Source: a candidate division FCPU426 bacterium
Lineage (GTDB): Bacteria > Oederibacteriota > Muellerivitia > Muellerivitales > Muellerivitaceae
Length of the DNA: 64,000 nucleotides
Direction: 5' to 3'
Assembly (NCBI GenBank): GCA_963738405.1
Contig: CAVTWJ010000011.1
Span: 1 to 64,000 of the forward strand
Shown piece after piece: positions 1-9,796 of this stretch. The notes under the pieces are model-generated. The model ran no database searches. It was not told where the DNA came from and worked only from the letters and a program-made list of their open reading frames with translations. Numbering within the stretch: the first letter of the stretch is position 1; every line of letters begins with the position of its first letter. The position numbers and the translations under genes are program-made.

Positions 1-3
1 AAT

Positions 4-636
4 TTGGCATTCTTTGAATCACTAGGGCCAAGGGGCTTTGAGATTCTGGAATTACTCCGCCAATCCATTCCCCAAAACTGTCTTTTCGTCTCGGACGCCA
101 AGCGGGGCGATATCGGGAACACCTCCCAGGCTTACGCCCGGGCTTTTTACGGGCTCTTGAAATCGGATGCCGTCACCCTCTCCCCCTATATGGGAAAGGA
201 TTCCATCGAACCCTTTCTGGACTATCCGGGAACCTGTTCCTTTGTCCTTTGCCTCACCTCCAATCCCTCGGCAGCCGACTTTCAGCTTCAAACCCTCCAA
301 TCGGGGGAACGCCTCTATGAGAGAGTCGCCAAAACGGCCATCGGGTGGGGTCAGGGGAAAAAGGGAGAAATCGGCCTGGTGGTGGGAGCGACTCAAACCC
401 AATACCTCAAGGAGCTGCGGGCCATGGCTCCTGATACGGTCTTTCTGGTGCCGGGCGTCGGGGCCCAGGGGGGCGACCTTCAATCAGTATTAAAAGAAGG
501 GCGGTCGAAGGATGGATTCGGGCTCTTGGTCAACGTATCCCGCCAAATCCTTTACGCTTCCTCCGAAAACGATTATGCCGAGTCCGCCAGGGAACAGGCT
601 CTAAAGCTGGTCGATGAAATGAAGGCTTATTTCTAA
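4..636 (+). CDS. pyrF: Orotidine-5'-phosphate decarboxylase, 5'-truncated by window edge
   Basis: DAKRGDIGNT catalytic motif, LVVGAT, PGVGAQGG; adjacent to pyrE. Confidence 0.95.
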   Translation: MAFFESLGPRGFEILELLRQSIPQNCLFVSDAKRGDIGNTSQAYARAFYGLLKSDAVTLSPYMGKDSIEPFLDYPGTCSFVLCLTSNPSAADFQLQTLQSGERLYERVAKTAIGWGQGKKGEIGLVVGATQTQYLKELRAMAPDTVFLVPGVGAQGGDLQSVLKEGRSKDGFGLLVNVSRQILYASSENDYAESAREQALKLVDEMKAYF

Positions 637-647
637 AAGGGGTTTTT

Positions 648-1235
648 ATGACGAATGAAGAGGCTCTGGCCATCTTTGAGGAAACTCACGCCCTGCTCAA
701 CGGGCATTTTCGGCTCTCCTCAGGCCGACACAGCGACCGCTACCTGCAATGCGCCATGGTGTTGCAATATCCCTGGCATGCCGAGAAACTATGCCGGGCT
801 TTGGCTGAAATGGTGAAGCCCCTGGGCGCCCAGTTGGTGATGTCCCCGGCCATGGGGGGCCTCTTTGTGGGCCATGAATTGGCCCGGGCCCTGAACGTCC
901 GGCATGTCTTTACCGAACGAAATAAAGAAACCGACGCCATGGAACTGCGCCGGGGCTTCAAAGCCGAAGAGGGCGAAAAGTTTTTCGCCGTGGAAGACGT
1001 GATCACGACCGGCAAGTCGGTGAAGGAATCCATCCAGGTTCTGCGCGGTCTGGGGGCGGAAGTCGTCGGGGTGGGAAGTTTGATCGACCGCACCGGCGGG
1101 GAATCGGCCTCGTTTTTTGACGTTCCGGTAAAATCGCTTGTCTCCTTGAAGGTAGCAAGCTGGGAAGAAAAGGACTGCCCCCTTTGCCGGCAGGGCCTGC
1201 CGCTGGTGAAACCCGGTTCCCGCGCTAAATTTTAA
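648..1235 (+). CDS. pyrE: Orotate phosphoribosyltransferase
   Basis: GHFRLSSGRHS motif and PRPP-binding VEDVITTG. Confidence 0.95.
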   Translation: MTNEEALAIFEETHALLNGHFRLSSGRHSDRYLQCAMVLQYPWHAEKLCRALAEMVKPLGAQLVMSPAMGGLFVGHELARALNVRHVFTERNKETDAMELRRGFKAEEGEKFFAVEDVITTGKSVKESIQVLRGLGAEVVGVGSLIDRTGGESASFFDVPVKSLVSLKVASWEEKDCPLCRQGLPLVKPGSRAKF

Positions 1236-1248
1236 AAGAGAGATTGGA

Positions 1249-1530
1249 ATGCCCGACAAGAAACCCAGCGCCAAACCTTCCCCAGTCCCATCCGAAAGAA
1301 ACACCGTTCGGGAATATGTTCAGGCCAATCTGCTGGTCTGGGGTTTCTTGGTACTGCTGGGAATCATCGCCTTTTTCGTCTGCGGGGCGGTTTGGGATGA
1401 CGTCTTTCAAGACACGCTTGAATTTCTCTTTCTCATCATGGGCTTCGGCTTTACGCTGGTTTCGATACTGGATTACCTTTACGACCGCAATGTCAATTCC
1501 CAATCAACCTCTGAGGAGAAACTATCTTGA
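1249..1530 (+). CDS. Small hypothetical membrane protein (2 TM)
   Basis: Two hydrophobic stretches; fills the gap after pyrE; stop overlaps next start. Confidence 0.7.
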   Translation: MPDKKPSAKPSPVPSERNTVREYVQANLLVWGFLVLLGIIAFFVCGAVWDDVFQDTLEFLFLIMGFGFTLVSILDYLYDRNVNSQSTSEEKLS

Positions 1531-2510
1531 ACATCTATTCTTTAAAGCCGATCGCGGTGCTTTTGGCGGGAACCCTGTTTTTTTCACCCGCCATGGCCAC
1601 CCTGGCCTTGGCCCAGGAAACCGCGGCGGCCACCCCCGCTCCGGCCGATCCCGATGAAACTGCCACGATTCACCGCCTGGCCCAAGCTGGATATTTGGGT
1701 GATTCGAAGGACACCTATCTTTCCGACAACCTGACGGAAGCCCAAATCACGGACGCATTGCTGGTGATCGGGAAACAATTGGACGCGGTGGATGCGCAGA
1801 AGTTGAACCCCAGCAACAACCAGTACTCGACCCAAGACTTGCAGGCCCTGCAGGCCCTGGTGGAAGACAAAGCGGATGACATCCGCGCCCGCAAGGTTTC
1901 CTCCTGGCGCTTTGACAACAAGATCAAAAAAATGATCGCGGCCCTGAACGCCCCCATGATTTCCGTCCCCGCGCCCGCGTCTACCCCGGTTTCCTCGCCG
2001 GTGCCCCTGCCCACGGCGACACCCATTCCCGGCCCTTCCCGTGATGAATTCAACGGCCTGCAAACCAATTTGAAAGACCTGAGCCAAAAGACCGAGGATT
2101 TGCAGAGGAACTATGATCAGAAAACAGCGGATCTTGAAAAAAACGGGGAGGATTTGAAAAAATCCGACGGCGAGACCAAAGAACAACTGGTACTGGTGAA
2201 GAATCTGCTGGACCGCGTGCAGGGAGACCTTCAAAAGAGTGAAACCCGGCTGGAGCAGGTGGCCCAGAAGGCGGAAGAGAAAAACATCACCGACACCGAA
2301 TTGGAACAAGAATTGACGGTCATGCACAAGGATATGCGGGATAACGTGCAGGATGTGAGTATTTTGAAGCAGGAAGTGGCGAAGCTGGATAAAAGCGGGG
2401 ACGTGAAGGCCGACAACGTTCTGGACCAGGTTCTGGATTCGAAGTGGCTTGCGGGCGGCGCTTTGGTGGTGGGCATCGCGGCGCTGGTTGTGGCTTTTAG
2501 CCGTAAATAG
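1527..2510 (+). CDS. Exported coiled-coil protein with degenerate SLH-like N-domain and C-terminal membrane anchor (Omp-alpha-like architecture)
   Basis: Signal peptide; IHRLAQAGYLG..LTEAQI; Pro-rich linker; long heptad region; C-terminal hydrophobic helix then RK. Confidence 0.6.
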   Translation: MNIYSLKPIAVLLAGTLFFSPAMATLALAQETAAATPAPADPDETATIHRLAQAGYLGDSKDTYLSDNLTEAQITDALLVIGKQLDAVDAQKLNPSNNQYSTQDLQALQALVEDKADDIRARKVSSWRFDNKIKKMIAALNAPMISVPAPASTPVSSPVPLPTATPIPGPSRDEFNGLQTNLKDLSQKTEDLQRNYDQKTADLEKNGEDLKKSDGETKEQLVLVKNLLDRVQGDLQKSETRLEQVAQKAEEKNITDTELEQELTVMHKDMRDNVQDVSILKQEVAKLDKSGDVKADNVLDQVLDSKWLAGGALVVGIAALVVAFSRK

Positions 2511-2528
2511 TTCACCAAGGAGAGAAAC

Positions 2529-3179
2529 ATGTTTCTAGGTCACTACGGGGTAGGGTTGGCCGCGAAAAAAATCGCTCCCAAGAGTTCCCTGGGGCTTCTC
2601 TTGGCGGCGGCCCAATGGCTGGATATCCTTTGGCCGCTTTTTCTGGTCTTGGGGATGGAGCATGTGCGCCTTAATCCCGGATGGACCAAGGTGACGCCGC
2701 TGGAATTTTACGACTACCCCCTCTCTCACAGTCTTTTGATGGCCGGGCTCTGGGCCCTGTTATGGGGATTGGTGGCGGTGGCCCTAAAAGCGGATTGGAA
2801 AATTTCATTGGTGCTTCCCGGATTGGTCTTGAGCCATTGGTTTTTGGACTTGCTGGTTCACCGCCCGGACCTGCCCATTACCCCCCGAGGCACCACCGTG
2901 ATGGGGTTGGGTCTATGGGATTCCCCCCTCTGGACCGTGATTTTGGAGTTCACTTTCTTTTTGGCCGGGTTCGCGGTTTATATCGCCTGCACCAAGGCCA
3001 AGGATTGGATTGGGTCGGCCGGGCCATGGCTTTTGGCGGCCTTGCTGACGGGCCTCTATGTCGGCAACCTTTTTTCACCCCCTCCGCCCGACGTCAATTT
3101 CGTGGCCTGGTTGGCCCTTTCCCTTTGGTTGATCTACCCCCTGGCCCATTGGATTGACCGGCATCGGACGGCTTCTTGA
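2529..3179 (+). CDS. Membrane-bound metal-dependent hydrolase-like protein
   Basis: MFLGH, PLSHSL and SHWFLDLLVH motifs; multiple TM segments. Confidence 0.7.
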   Translation: MFLGHYGVGLAAKKIAPKSSLGLLLAAAQWLDILWPLFLVLGMEHVRLNPGWTKVTPLEFYDYPLSHSLLMAGLWALLWGLVAVALKADWKISLVLPGLVLSHWFLDLLVHRPDLPITPRGTTVMGLGLWDSPLWTVILEFTFFLAGFAVYIACTKAKDWIGSAGPWLLAALLTGLYVGNLFSPPPPDVNFVAWLALSLWLIYPLAHWIDRHRTAS

Positions 3180-3622
3180 GACGCAAGCCCATTGCCGTAA
3201 GGCCGGCGGTTGATTCGGACGAAAGCGCCTTGGCTCCCATTTACCGCGCGGCCTTTTCCGCGGAGCCCTATCAGGAGGCTTGGAGCGACCCTCTGGCCCG
3301 CCTGAGGGTCCGGCAGTTGATCCAAGCCATCGACGGCAGGGGTTGGGTGGTGACCCTTTACGGGCATCCGGTGGGGTTTTCGTTCATTCAAATCAAAGAG
3401 GGTTTCAACGGGCGTTATGTGGAGCTGTTGGAGACGGCGGTTCATCCCTATCTTCAAAGGCAGGGGATAGGTTCCTTGCTGTTGCGGGAAGTTTTGAAAT
3501 TTAAAAAGAAGGCGAAGCTCAAGACACTCTATGGGGTCAACCTGAATCAAAAAATAGGTCCCTTTTTTAAAAAAAACGGGTTCAAGCCTTCCAGCCGTGC
3601 CAAGTTGTGGTCCAAGCCCTGA
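3176..3622 (+). CDS. GNAT family N-acetyltransferase
   Basis: AVHPYLQRQGIGSLL acetyl-CoA motif A; FFKKNGF. Confidence 0.85.
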   Translation: MRRKPIAVRPAVDSDESALAPIYRAAFSAEPYQEAWSDPLARLRVRQLIQAIDGRGWVVTLYGHPVGFSFIQIKEGFNGRYVELLETAVHPYLQRQGIGSLLLREVLKFKKKAKLKTLYGVNLNQKIGPFFKKNGFKPSSRAKLWSKP

Positions 3623-3623
3623 T

Positions 3624-3772
3624 TGTTAACAGGGCACTGAAAAAGTATTTTTTAGTACCCTGTCGACAGCCATTGGATAGAACGAGCCATTAAAAATATG
3701 GTTTTTATTTACTTTGGCTCGTTCGTAAATATGAAAAAGTCTAAAATTCAGACTTTTTCAACAACCTGTCAA
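3624..3772. repeat. Three-hairpin palindromic intergenic element (MITE/REP-like) between convergent genes
   Basis: Imperfect ~21-bp IR 3624-3668; perfect 10-bp IR 3680-3689/3715-3724; perfect 11-bp IR 3732-3742/3750-3760. Confidence 0.6.
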
Positions 3773-5427
3773 AGTTCCACCAACAAACTTCTTTCTTTGG
3801 TCAGCGTGACCATCCCCATGGGTGCCCCTGGGATGCGCCTTACGTTCTTCTTTTCCGTATAACTCACCGTCACCTTTTCTCCCGGTTTGGCTTTGCTCCG
3901 CTGGGCCGCGGTTTTGGCGGCCATTTGAATCAATTCGGGTGTGGGCTCTACCCCGCGCTGAAGGCGGCGTAAGAGTACGTGGGAACCTGGCAGGTCCCGG
4001 ACGTGGAACCAGAGATCCTCGGGCTGGGCCAACTGGAAGGTCACATATTCGTTGGCGGCGGCGGAGGTACCGGCACAGAGTTCGAATTCCTTGCCGATTT
4101 TTTCCCGGAGAATATTGGGCGTTGGAACCTTTTCCACCTTGGGTTTGGTTTGTTTAATCTTGGCGGTCTTGGTGGGTGGAAAGAGGTCTTGGTAAGCTTT
4201 TTTGATTTCCTTGGGGTCCTTCAAGGCTGGGAGGCTCCGCTGGGCCGACTTTAACTGCTCAATCCTGGCTTGTACTTCCTTTTCCCTTTTCTCCACCTGG
4301 GCCAAACCTCGTGAGCCCTTTTGGGCCTTCTTGAAATAACGCTGGGCGTTGACCAGGGGTGTGGCTTCCGGGTTCAGCGGGACCCTTTGGGTTTCGGGGT
4401 TTCCGCGAATGACATCTTCCAATAGAACCTCGGTGGAATGGATTTTGATTTTATGGAGCTGGGCCATGATCAACTCGCCCCACCATTGGTATTGGTCGGA
4501 CCTTTCGGCCTCTGCCCGGTCTTTCTTGAGCTTTTCTTGGATGCGTTTTTCATGCTTAAGGGCCCTGGTGATTTCCGATTCGAGGGTTGTTTTTTGGGAC
4601 AGCCAATGGCGGTGCTGGTTATCCTGCTGGAAAAGCCGGGCCAAGGCCTGGTAAGCGGTGGGAAAGGTTTCTCTTTCTTTGGCGGTGGGGATGGATTCGT
4701 GAAAAAGCCTCAAGGCGGGAGGCGGACCTAAGAATAGGTTGAAGTCATGCCAGGGCCCCTCCTCGGCGTTTTTTTTGACCCTGTCCCATTCCTCAAAGGC
4801 CTTTTCACCGAAGCTTTCCAGGTAGCCAGAAAGCTCCGGGTCCGTGCCCCTGACTTCCGTTTTTAGCCAATTCCCTAAGGGCGGACCGCCCGCCTCCATC
4901 CAGATTTTGTGCAGGGCTCCGGAGTTCAATTCCCAAAGATTGGGTTTATCACCAGGCTGGGGAGCGGGCGCGTAGGGAGCCTGGGGCAGGACGGGGCGTT
5001 CCGCGTCGTTGCGGTAGCGCAGGGCGCTGATGATGGCGCCGTCGGGTCCGGTAAGGATCAGGTTGGGGTATTTGGGAAGCCCCTCAAAGATCAGCCGGAA
5101 GGAACCCTCATGGGTTTTAAGCTGGATTTGAATGACCCTCTGGCCCGGCTCATGGAGAATATCCGTGACCTGGGCGTATTCCAGGTGCTTGCGGAGGGAT
5201 CGGCAGAAATTGGGAGGTTTATCTAAAGCCGAGGGTTTTTGTTCGGTTAAAAAAAGAATGGGTTTCAAGGTCATGAGAGCCGTGACCAGATGGAGGTTGT
5301 TGCGCTCCGGATGATAAAGGGTTAGCTCGACATGATCGGGGGAGGATTGGGAAATATGGGAGACCCTGGAACCAGGAAGGAGAGCCTTCAACTCCCGGGT
5401 CAGGAGCGTTGCGAGAAGAGGGGTCAA
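3769..5427 (-). CDS. rqcH: NFACT/RqcH (FbpA-like) ribosome quality-control protein
   Basis: N-terminal NFACT-N (PPNFCRSLRKHL), NAQRYFKKAQK coiled coil, C-terminal NFACT-R (DLWFHVRDLPGSHV). Confidence 0.9.
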   Translation of the reverse strand: MTPLLATLLTRELKALLPGSRVSHISQSSPDHVELTLYHPERNNLHLVTALMTLKPILFLTEQKPSALDKPPNFCRSLRKHLEYAQVTDILHEPGQRVIQIQLKTHEGSFRLIFEGLPKYPNLILTGPDGAIISALRYRNDAERPVLPQAPYAPAPQPGDKPNLWELNSGALHKIWMEAGGPPLGNWLKTEVRGTDPELSGYLESFGEKAFEEWDRVKKNAEEGPWHDFNLFLGPPPALRLFHESIPTAKERETFPTAYQALARLFQQDNQHRHWLSQKTTLESEITRALKHEKRIQEKLKKDRAEAERSDQYQWWGELIMAQLHKIKIHSTEVLLEDVIRGNPETQRVPLNPEATPLVNAQRYFKKAQKGSRGLAQVEKREKEVQARIEQLKSAQRSLPALKDPKEIKKAYQDLFPPTKTAKIKQTKPKVEKVPTPNILREKIGKEFELCAGTSAAANEYVTFQLAQPEDLWFHVRDLPGSHVLLRRLQRGVEPTPELIQMAAKTAAQRSKAKPGEKVTVSYTEKKNVRRIPGAPMGMVTLTKERSLLVEL

Positions 5428-5558
5428 GAAGGGTTCCTCAAGGTAGGCATGGGTCTCAATTTTACCATCCGGTTAGAAGGGTTGGCACTTGTTTGACGGC
5501 ACCAGGGGGAATAAACTGAATGGGAAATCAGCTATTTCCAAGGCAAAAGGGGACGCGC

Positions 5559-7232
5559 ATGGAAAGGCCGTGGCTTTCGTCCTACGATGAAGGAGTTCCA
5601 CGAAGCCTCGAATATCCGGAAACAACCCTTCCGGACCTATTAAAACATACCGCCGAGCAATACCCCAGCCACCCCGCCGTTTATTATTACGGCACCCGCC
5701 TGACCTACCAGGAACTCAACCGAAAAGCCGACCAATTCGCCAACCTGCTTCTTCAAGAGGAAATCAAACCAGGGGACCGGATCGCCCTTTATCTTCCCAA
5801 CTGCCCGCCGGTTTTGATCGCCTTTTTTGGCGCCTTGAGGGCGGGGGCTATCGTGACGCAGTTGAATCCCCTCTATTCCAAAACCGAGACGGCCCATCAG
5901 CTGAAGGATTCGGGGGCCCAATATGTAGTTTCGCTGGACCGTTTCGCTCCCCTGTTAGAAGAGATCGCGGGGGATTGCGGGTTAAAAAAAATATGGCTCA
6001 CCCGCATCAACGATTATTTTCCAATCCCTTTGAAATGGTTTTATCCCTTCAGGGCCTTGAAGGAAAAAAGCTGGGTGACTTGGCCTTCTCATCGGCTTTT
6101 TCATAGTTTTGTGAAGATCTTGAATACGGCACCCGACAGTCCTGTGATCTGCCCCGCGAAAATGGACGATACCGCCATATTGCAATACACGGGAGGAACC
6201 ACTGGGGTGGCCAAGGGCGTGATCTTGACCCATCGAAATTTGGTGGCCAACGCCTTCCAATGCAAGCTGTGGTTCCCGGGCATGCCCGATGGTGACCAGG
6301 TGTTTCTGATCGCGATACCCATTTTTCATTGCTACGGACTGACGGCGGGGATGACCTTTGCATTGACCAAGGCCGCTTCCATGGTTCTGCTAGCCAAATT
6401 CGATGTTCTTCAATCTTTAGAAGCCATTCAAAAATACAAAGTTACGGTCTTTCCCGGGGTCCAGGCCATTTACAACGCCATCAATCATTATCCAGGAGTT
6501 GAAAAGTTCAACTTGCGAAGCGTCCGGGCCTGCCTATCCGGCGCAGGGCCCCTGCATTTGGAAGTACAGAAAAAATTCGAGGAACTGACGGGGGGAAAGG
6601 TTTCGGAAGGGTATGGTTTAACCGAGGCCTCGCCGGTGACCCATTGCAATCCTATATTTGGCAAAAGGAAAGTAGGCTTCATTGGGGTGCCCTTCGTGGG
6701 GACCGACTGCAAAATAGTTGATCTGGAGACGGGAAAAAAAGAATTGGGAGTTGGCGAAATTGGGGAAATTGTCTTGAAAGGCCCTCAAGTCATGCAGGGC
6801 TATTGGAATCATCCGGCCGAAACGGCCAATGTCCTCAAAGACGGCTGGCTCTATACCGGCGATATCGGCTACATGGATGCGGACGGTTTTTTTGCCGTGG
6901 TGGACCGCAAGAAAGACATGGTCAAGGTGGGGGGCGAGAACGTTTATCCACGAGAGGTGGAGGAAGTATTGTTCCAAAACCCCAAGGTACTGGACTGCGT
7001 GGTGGCGGGCGTGCCGGATGACAAGTTCGTGGACCGGCTGAAGGCCTATGTGGTTTTGAAACCGGGTAGTACGGCCACACCGGAGGAAATACTGGAATTC
7101 TGCAAGGGCAAACTGGCCAAGTTCAAATTGCCCAAGGAAGTGGCATTCAAGGATTCCCTTCCCAAAAACATGGTGGGCAAGATGCTGAGGCGGCTGTTGG
7201 TGGAAGAAGAAAGAGAAAAGCTCAAAAAGTAA
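5559..7232 (+). CDS. fadD: Long-chain-fatty-acid-CoA ligase
   Basis: AMP-binding QYTGGTTGVAKG, EGYGLTE, GWLYTGDIG; ATG at 5559 after purine-rich RBS. Confidence 0.92.
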   Translation: MERPWLSSYDEGVPRSLEYPETTLPDLLKHTAEQYPSHPAVYYYGTRLTYQELNRKADQFANLLLQEEIKPGDRIALYLPNCPPVLIAFFGALRAGAIVTQLNPLYSKTETAHQLKDSGAQYVVSLDRFAPLLEEIAGDCGLKKIWLTRINDYFPIPLKWFYPFRALKEKSWVTWPSHRLFHSFVKILNTAPDSPVICPAKMDDTAILQYTGGTTGVAKGVILTHRNLVANAFQCKLWFPGMPDGDQVFLIAIPIFHCYGLTAGMTFALTKAASMVLLAKFDVLQSLEAIQKYKVTVFPGVQAIYNAINHYPGVEKFNLRSVRACLSGAGPLHLEVQKKFEELTGGKVSEGYGLTEASPVTHCNPIFGKRKVGFIGVPFVGTDCKIVDLETGKKELGVGEIGEIVLKGPQVMQGYWNHPAETANVLKDGWLYTGDIGYMDADGFFAVVDRKKDMVKVGGENVYPREVEEVLFQNPKVLDCVVAGVPDDKFVDRLKAYVVLKPGSTATPEEILEFCKGKLAKFKLPKEVAFKDSLPKNMVGKMLRRLLVEEEREKLKK

Positions 7233-7257
7233 TCCGAATCAATCTCGGGGGTGGGGC

Positions 7258-8448
7258 ATGAAAGAAGTGGTCATTGTGGACGGGGCACGGACGCCCATCG
7301 GCAACCTGGGCGGGGCCTTAAAAGACGTGACGGCGCAGGATTTGGCCGCTACCGTCATCAAAGAAATTATTAAACGCAACAATTTGAAGCCTGCCAACGT
7401 GGAAGAAGTGATTTTGGGATGCGTGGGCCAGTTTTCGGACGCTCCCAACGTGGCCCGGGTTGCGGCCCTCTTGGCGGGATTGCCGAAGGAAGTGGTGGGT
7501 TACACCGTCCAACGCAATTGCTCCTCAGGCATGCAGGCTCTGGTGAATGCCTTTCAGAATATCCAATGCGGGGACGCCGATTTGCAGCTGGCGGGGGGAA
7601 CCGAATCCATGAGCCGGGCGCCCTATGTGAATCGGGACATGCGATTCGGCAAACGCATGAGGGATTCGGTGATGATCGACAGCCTCATGGAAGGGCTGAC
7701 CGACCCGGTTTGCCATTTGGTCATGGGACAAACGGCTGAGAATTTGGCGGACGAATTTAAGGTTTCCCGCAAGGAACAAGATGAATTCGCGGTTCAAAGC
7801 CACAAAAAGGCATTCCGGGCCCAGAGGGAAAATAAATTCAAAGATGAAATTGTTCCCGTGATGGTGCAGAAGAAAGTGATGGGAAAGCCTGTGCCGCCCG
7901 AGCCGGTCACCCAAGACGAAGGTATCAATGCGGCGTTGAATGAACAGACACTTGCTTCCTATCCGACGATCTTTAAAGAGGAAGGTTCGGTCACTCCTGG
8001 AAACGCCTGCGGGATCAACGACGGGGCCTGCGTGATGCTAGTGATGTCGAAGGAAAAAGCCGACGCCCTGGGCTATAAACCGTTAGGGTCTATCCGGTCT
8101 TATGCCTTCGTGGGAGTTGAACCCGAGAGGATGGGAATCGGCCCAGCCCACGCCATCCCGAAAGCCCTTAAAAAAGCTGGTTTAGATTTGAAGGACATGG
8201 GCTTGATTGAAATTAATGAAGCCTTCGCGGCCCAAGTGATCGCGGTGGACCGGGTACTGAAGATGAACCGTGAAATCCTAAACGTAAACGGCGGCGCTAT
8301 CGCCCTGGGACATCCAGTAGGGATGACCGGAGCCCGGCTGGTCTTGACTGCCTTGAGGGAAATGGCCCGAAAGAACGTTAACTTATCCGTTATTTCCATG
8401 TGCATCGGCGGTGGTATCGGCGGGGCGATGATTTTGGAACGCAAGTAA
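7258..8448 (+). CDS. Acetyl-CoA C-acyltransferase (thiolase)
   Basis: NCSSG catalytic Cys, NEAF, GHPVG, CIGGG. Confidence 0.95.
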   Translation: MKEVVIVDGARTPIGNLGGALKDVTAQDLAATVIKEIIKRNNLKPANVEEVILGCVGQFSDAPNVARVAALLAGLPKEVVGYTVQRNCSSGMQALVNAFQNIQCGDADLQLAGGTESMSRAPYVNRDMRFGKRMRDSVMIDSLMEGLTDPVCHLVMGQTAENLADEFKVSRKEQDEFAVQSHKKAFRAQRENKFKDEIVPVMVQKKVMGKPVPPEPVTQDEGINAALNEQTLASYPTIFKEEGSVTPGNACGINDGACVMLVMSKEKADALGYKPLGSIRSYAFVGVEPERMGIGPAHAIPKALKKAGLDLKDMGLIEINEAFAAQVIAVDRVLKMNREILNVNGGAIALGHPVGMTGARLVLTALREMARKNVNLSVISMCIGGGIGGAMILERK

Positions 8449-8459
8449 GAGAGGAATCC

Positions 8460-9671
8460 ATGTTCATTTATAAAGCGGGGGTCGTTGGAGCGGGGGCTAT
8501 GGGTGCGGGGATTGCCCAGGTTATTTCTTTTTCCGGGCTTCCGGTGGTGTTGAAAGATACCGACGAGGACCGGGTCAAGAAGGGTATTGAAATGGTTCGC
8601 AAGGTCTATCAAGGCCGGGTGGACAAAGGCAAGATGACCTCTTCCGAGATGGATCAAAAGATGAACCTGGTAAGCGGCACCACCGCTTATGACGACTTCA
8701 AGGATTGCGACTTGGTGGTGGAGGCTGTGTTTGAAAGCATGAAGGTGAAACAACAGGTGTTTCAGGACTTGGAAAAGGTTCTGCCCGAAACGGCCATCAT
8801 GGCCACCAACACCTCTGCGCTCTCCATTAGCCAAATCGCTTCGGCGGTGAAGCGGTCGGAAAAGGTCATCGGACTTCATTTCTTTAACCCGGCGCCGGTG
8901 ATGAAGCTGGTAGAAGTCATTCCCGGGCTTCAAACCTCCCGAGATACGGTGGACGATACGGTGGCCTTTGCCGAGTCTCTTCGCAAATTGCCCGTCAGGG
9001 TCAAGGAGTGCGCGGGGTTTTTGGTCAACCGCTTGCTTCTTCCATATTTAAATGAGGCCGCTTACGCCCTGCAGGAAGGTTCGGCCCCGCCCGAAGAAAT
9101 GGATAAGGCTCTAAGAGCTTTTGGCATGCCCATGGGGCCCTTCGCCTTGCTGGATATGCTGGGTTTGGATGTCTGCGCTGAAGTTTCCATGATTCTTTAC
9201 GATTCCTTCGGGCCACGGATGAAGGCGGCCGAGATTTTGGGCGAGATGCACAAGGCCAATCGATTGGGAACCAAGAACGGCATTGGGTTTTATGTGTATG
9301 ACGAGTCCAAAAAGGCCGATTTAAAGCCTATGGTGGATGCGATCCAAGCCAAAACGGGCGTTAAGGGAACGCCTTTTTCGCCCGAACGGCTGGTGTTCCA
9401 AATGATTAACGAAGCAGCCTATTGTTTGGAAGAAAACGTGGCCTCGCCCGGAGACATTGATCTGGCCATGCTGGCCGGAACGGGTTTCCCCCAGGATAAG
9501 GGCGGGCCTTTGCATCTGGCCGATGGGATTGGGGTGGACGTGGTATTGGAAAAATTGAAGGAATTTTCGAAAACGTTGGGCCCACGTTTTTGGCCAGCCC
9601 CCATTTTAAAGCGCATGGTTTCAGCAAATTATTTGGGACAAAAGACAAAGAAAGGATTTTTTAATTACTAA
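8460..9671 (+). CDS. 3-hydroxyacyl-CoA dehydrogenase with duplicated C-terminal domain
   Basis: GAGAMGAGIA Rossmann motif, HFFNPA, GFLVNR, two dimerisation-type domains; GAGGA RBS. Confidence 0.92.
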   Translation: MFIYKAGVVGAGAMGAGIAQVISFSGLPVVLKDTDEDRVKKGIEMVRKVYQGRVDKGKMTSSEMDQKMNLVSGTTAYDDFKDCDLVVEAVFESMKVKQQVFQDLEKVLPETAIMATNTSALSISQIASAVKRSEKVIGLHFFNPAPVMKLVEVIPGLQTSRDTVDDTVAFAESLRKLPVRVKECAGFLVNRLLLPYLNEAAYALQEGSAPPEEMDKALRAFGMPMGPFALLDMLGLDVCAEVSMILYDSFGPRMKAAEILGEMHKANRLGTKNGIGFYVYDESKKADLKPMVDAIQAKTGVKGTPFSPERLVFQMINEAAYCLEENVASPGDIDLAMLAGTGFPQDKGGPLHLADGIGVDVVLEKLKEFSKTLGPRFWPAPILKRMVSANYLGQKTKKGFFNY

Positions 9672-9687
9672 CCAAAAAAGCAACGGC

Positions 9688-9762
9688 ATTTAGCCACGGA
9701 TTCATGGGATGCATGAGATTTTAAAGACATATCCTATGAATCCCATATATCTGTGGCCAAAT
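9688..9762. repeat. Nested imperfect palindrome (GCCACGGATTCATGGGAT...ATCCTATGAATCCCATATATCTGTGGC)
   Basis: Inverted repeats read directly in the intergenic spacer of the fad operon. Confidence 0.5.
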
Positions 9763-9796
9763 AAAGGTTTTCTTATCTTCGCTTTAGGAGGTTTTT

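Noticed and set aside
3769..5427. Fibronectin-binding adhesin
   Set aside because: No signal peptide; this family is established as the cytoplasmic ribosome quality-control factor RqcH
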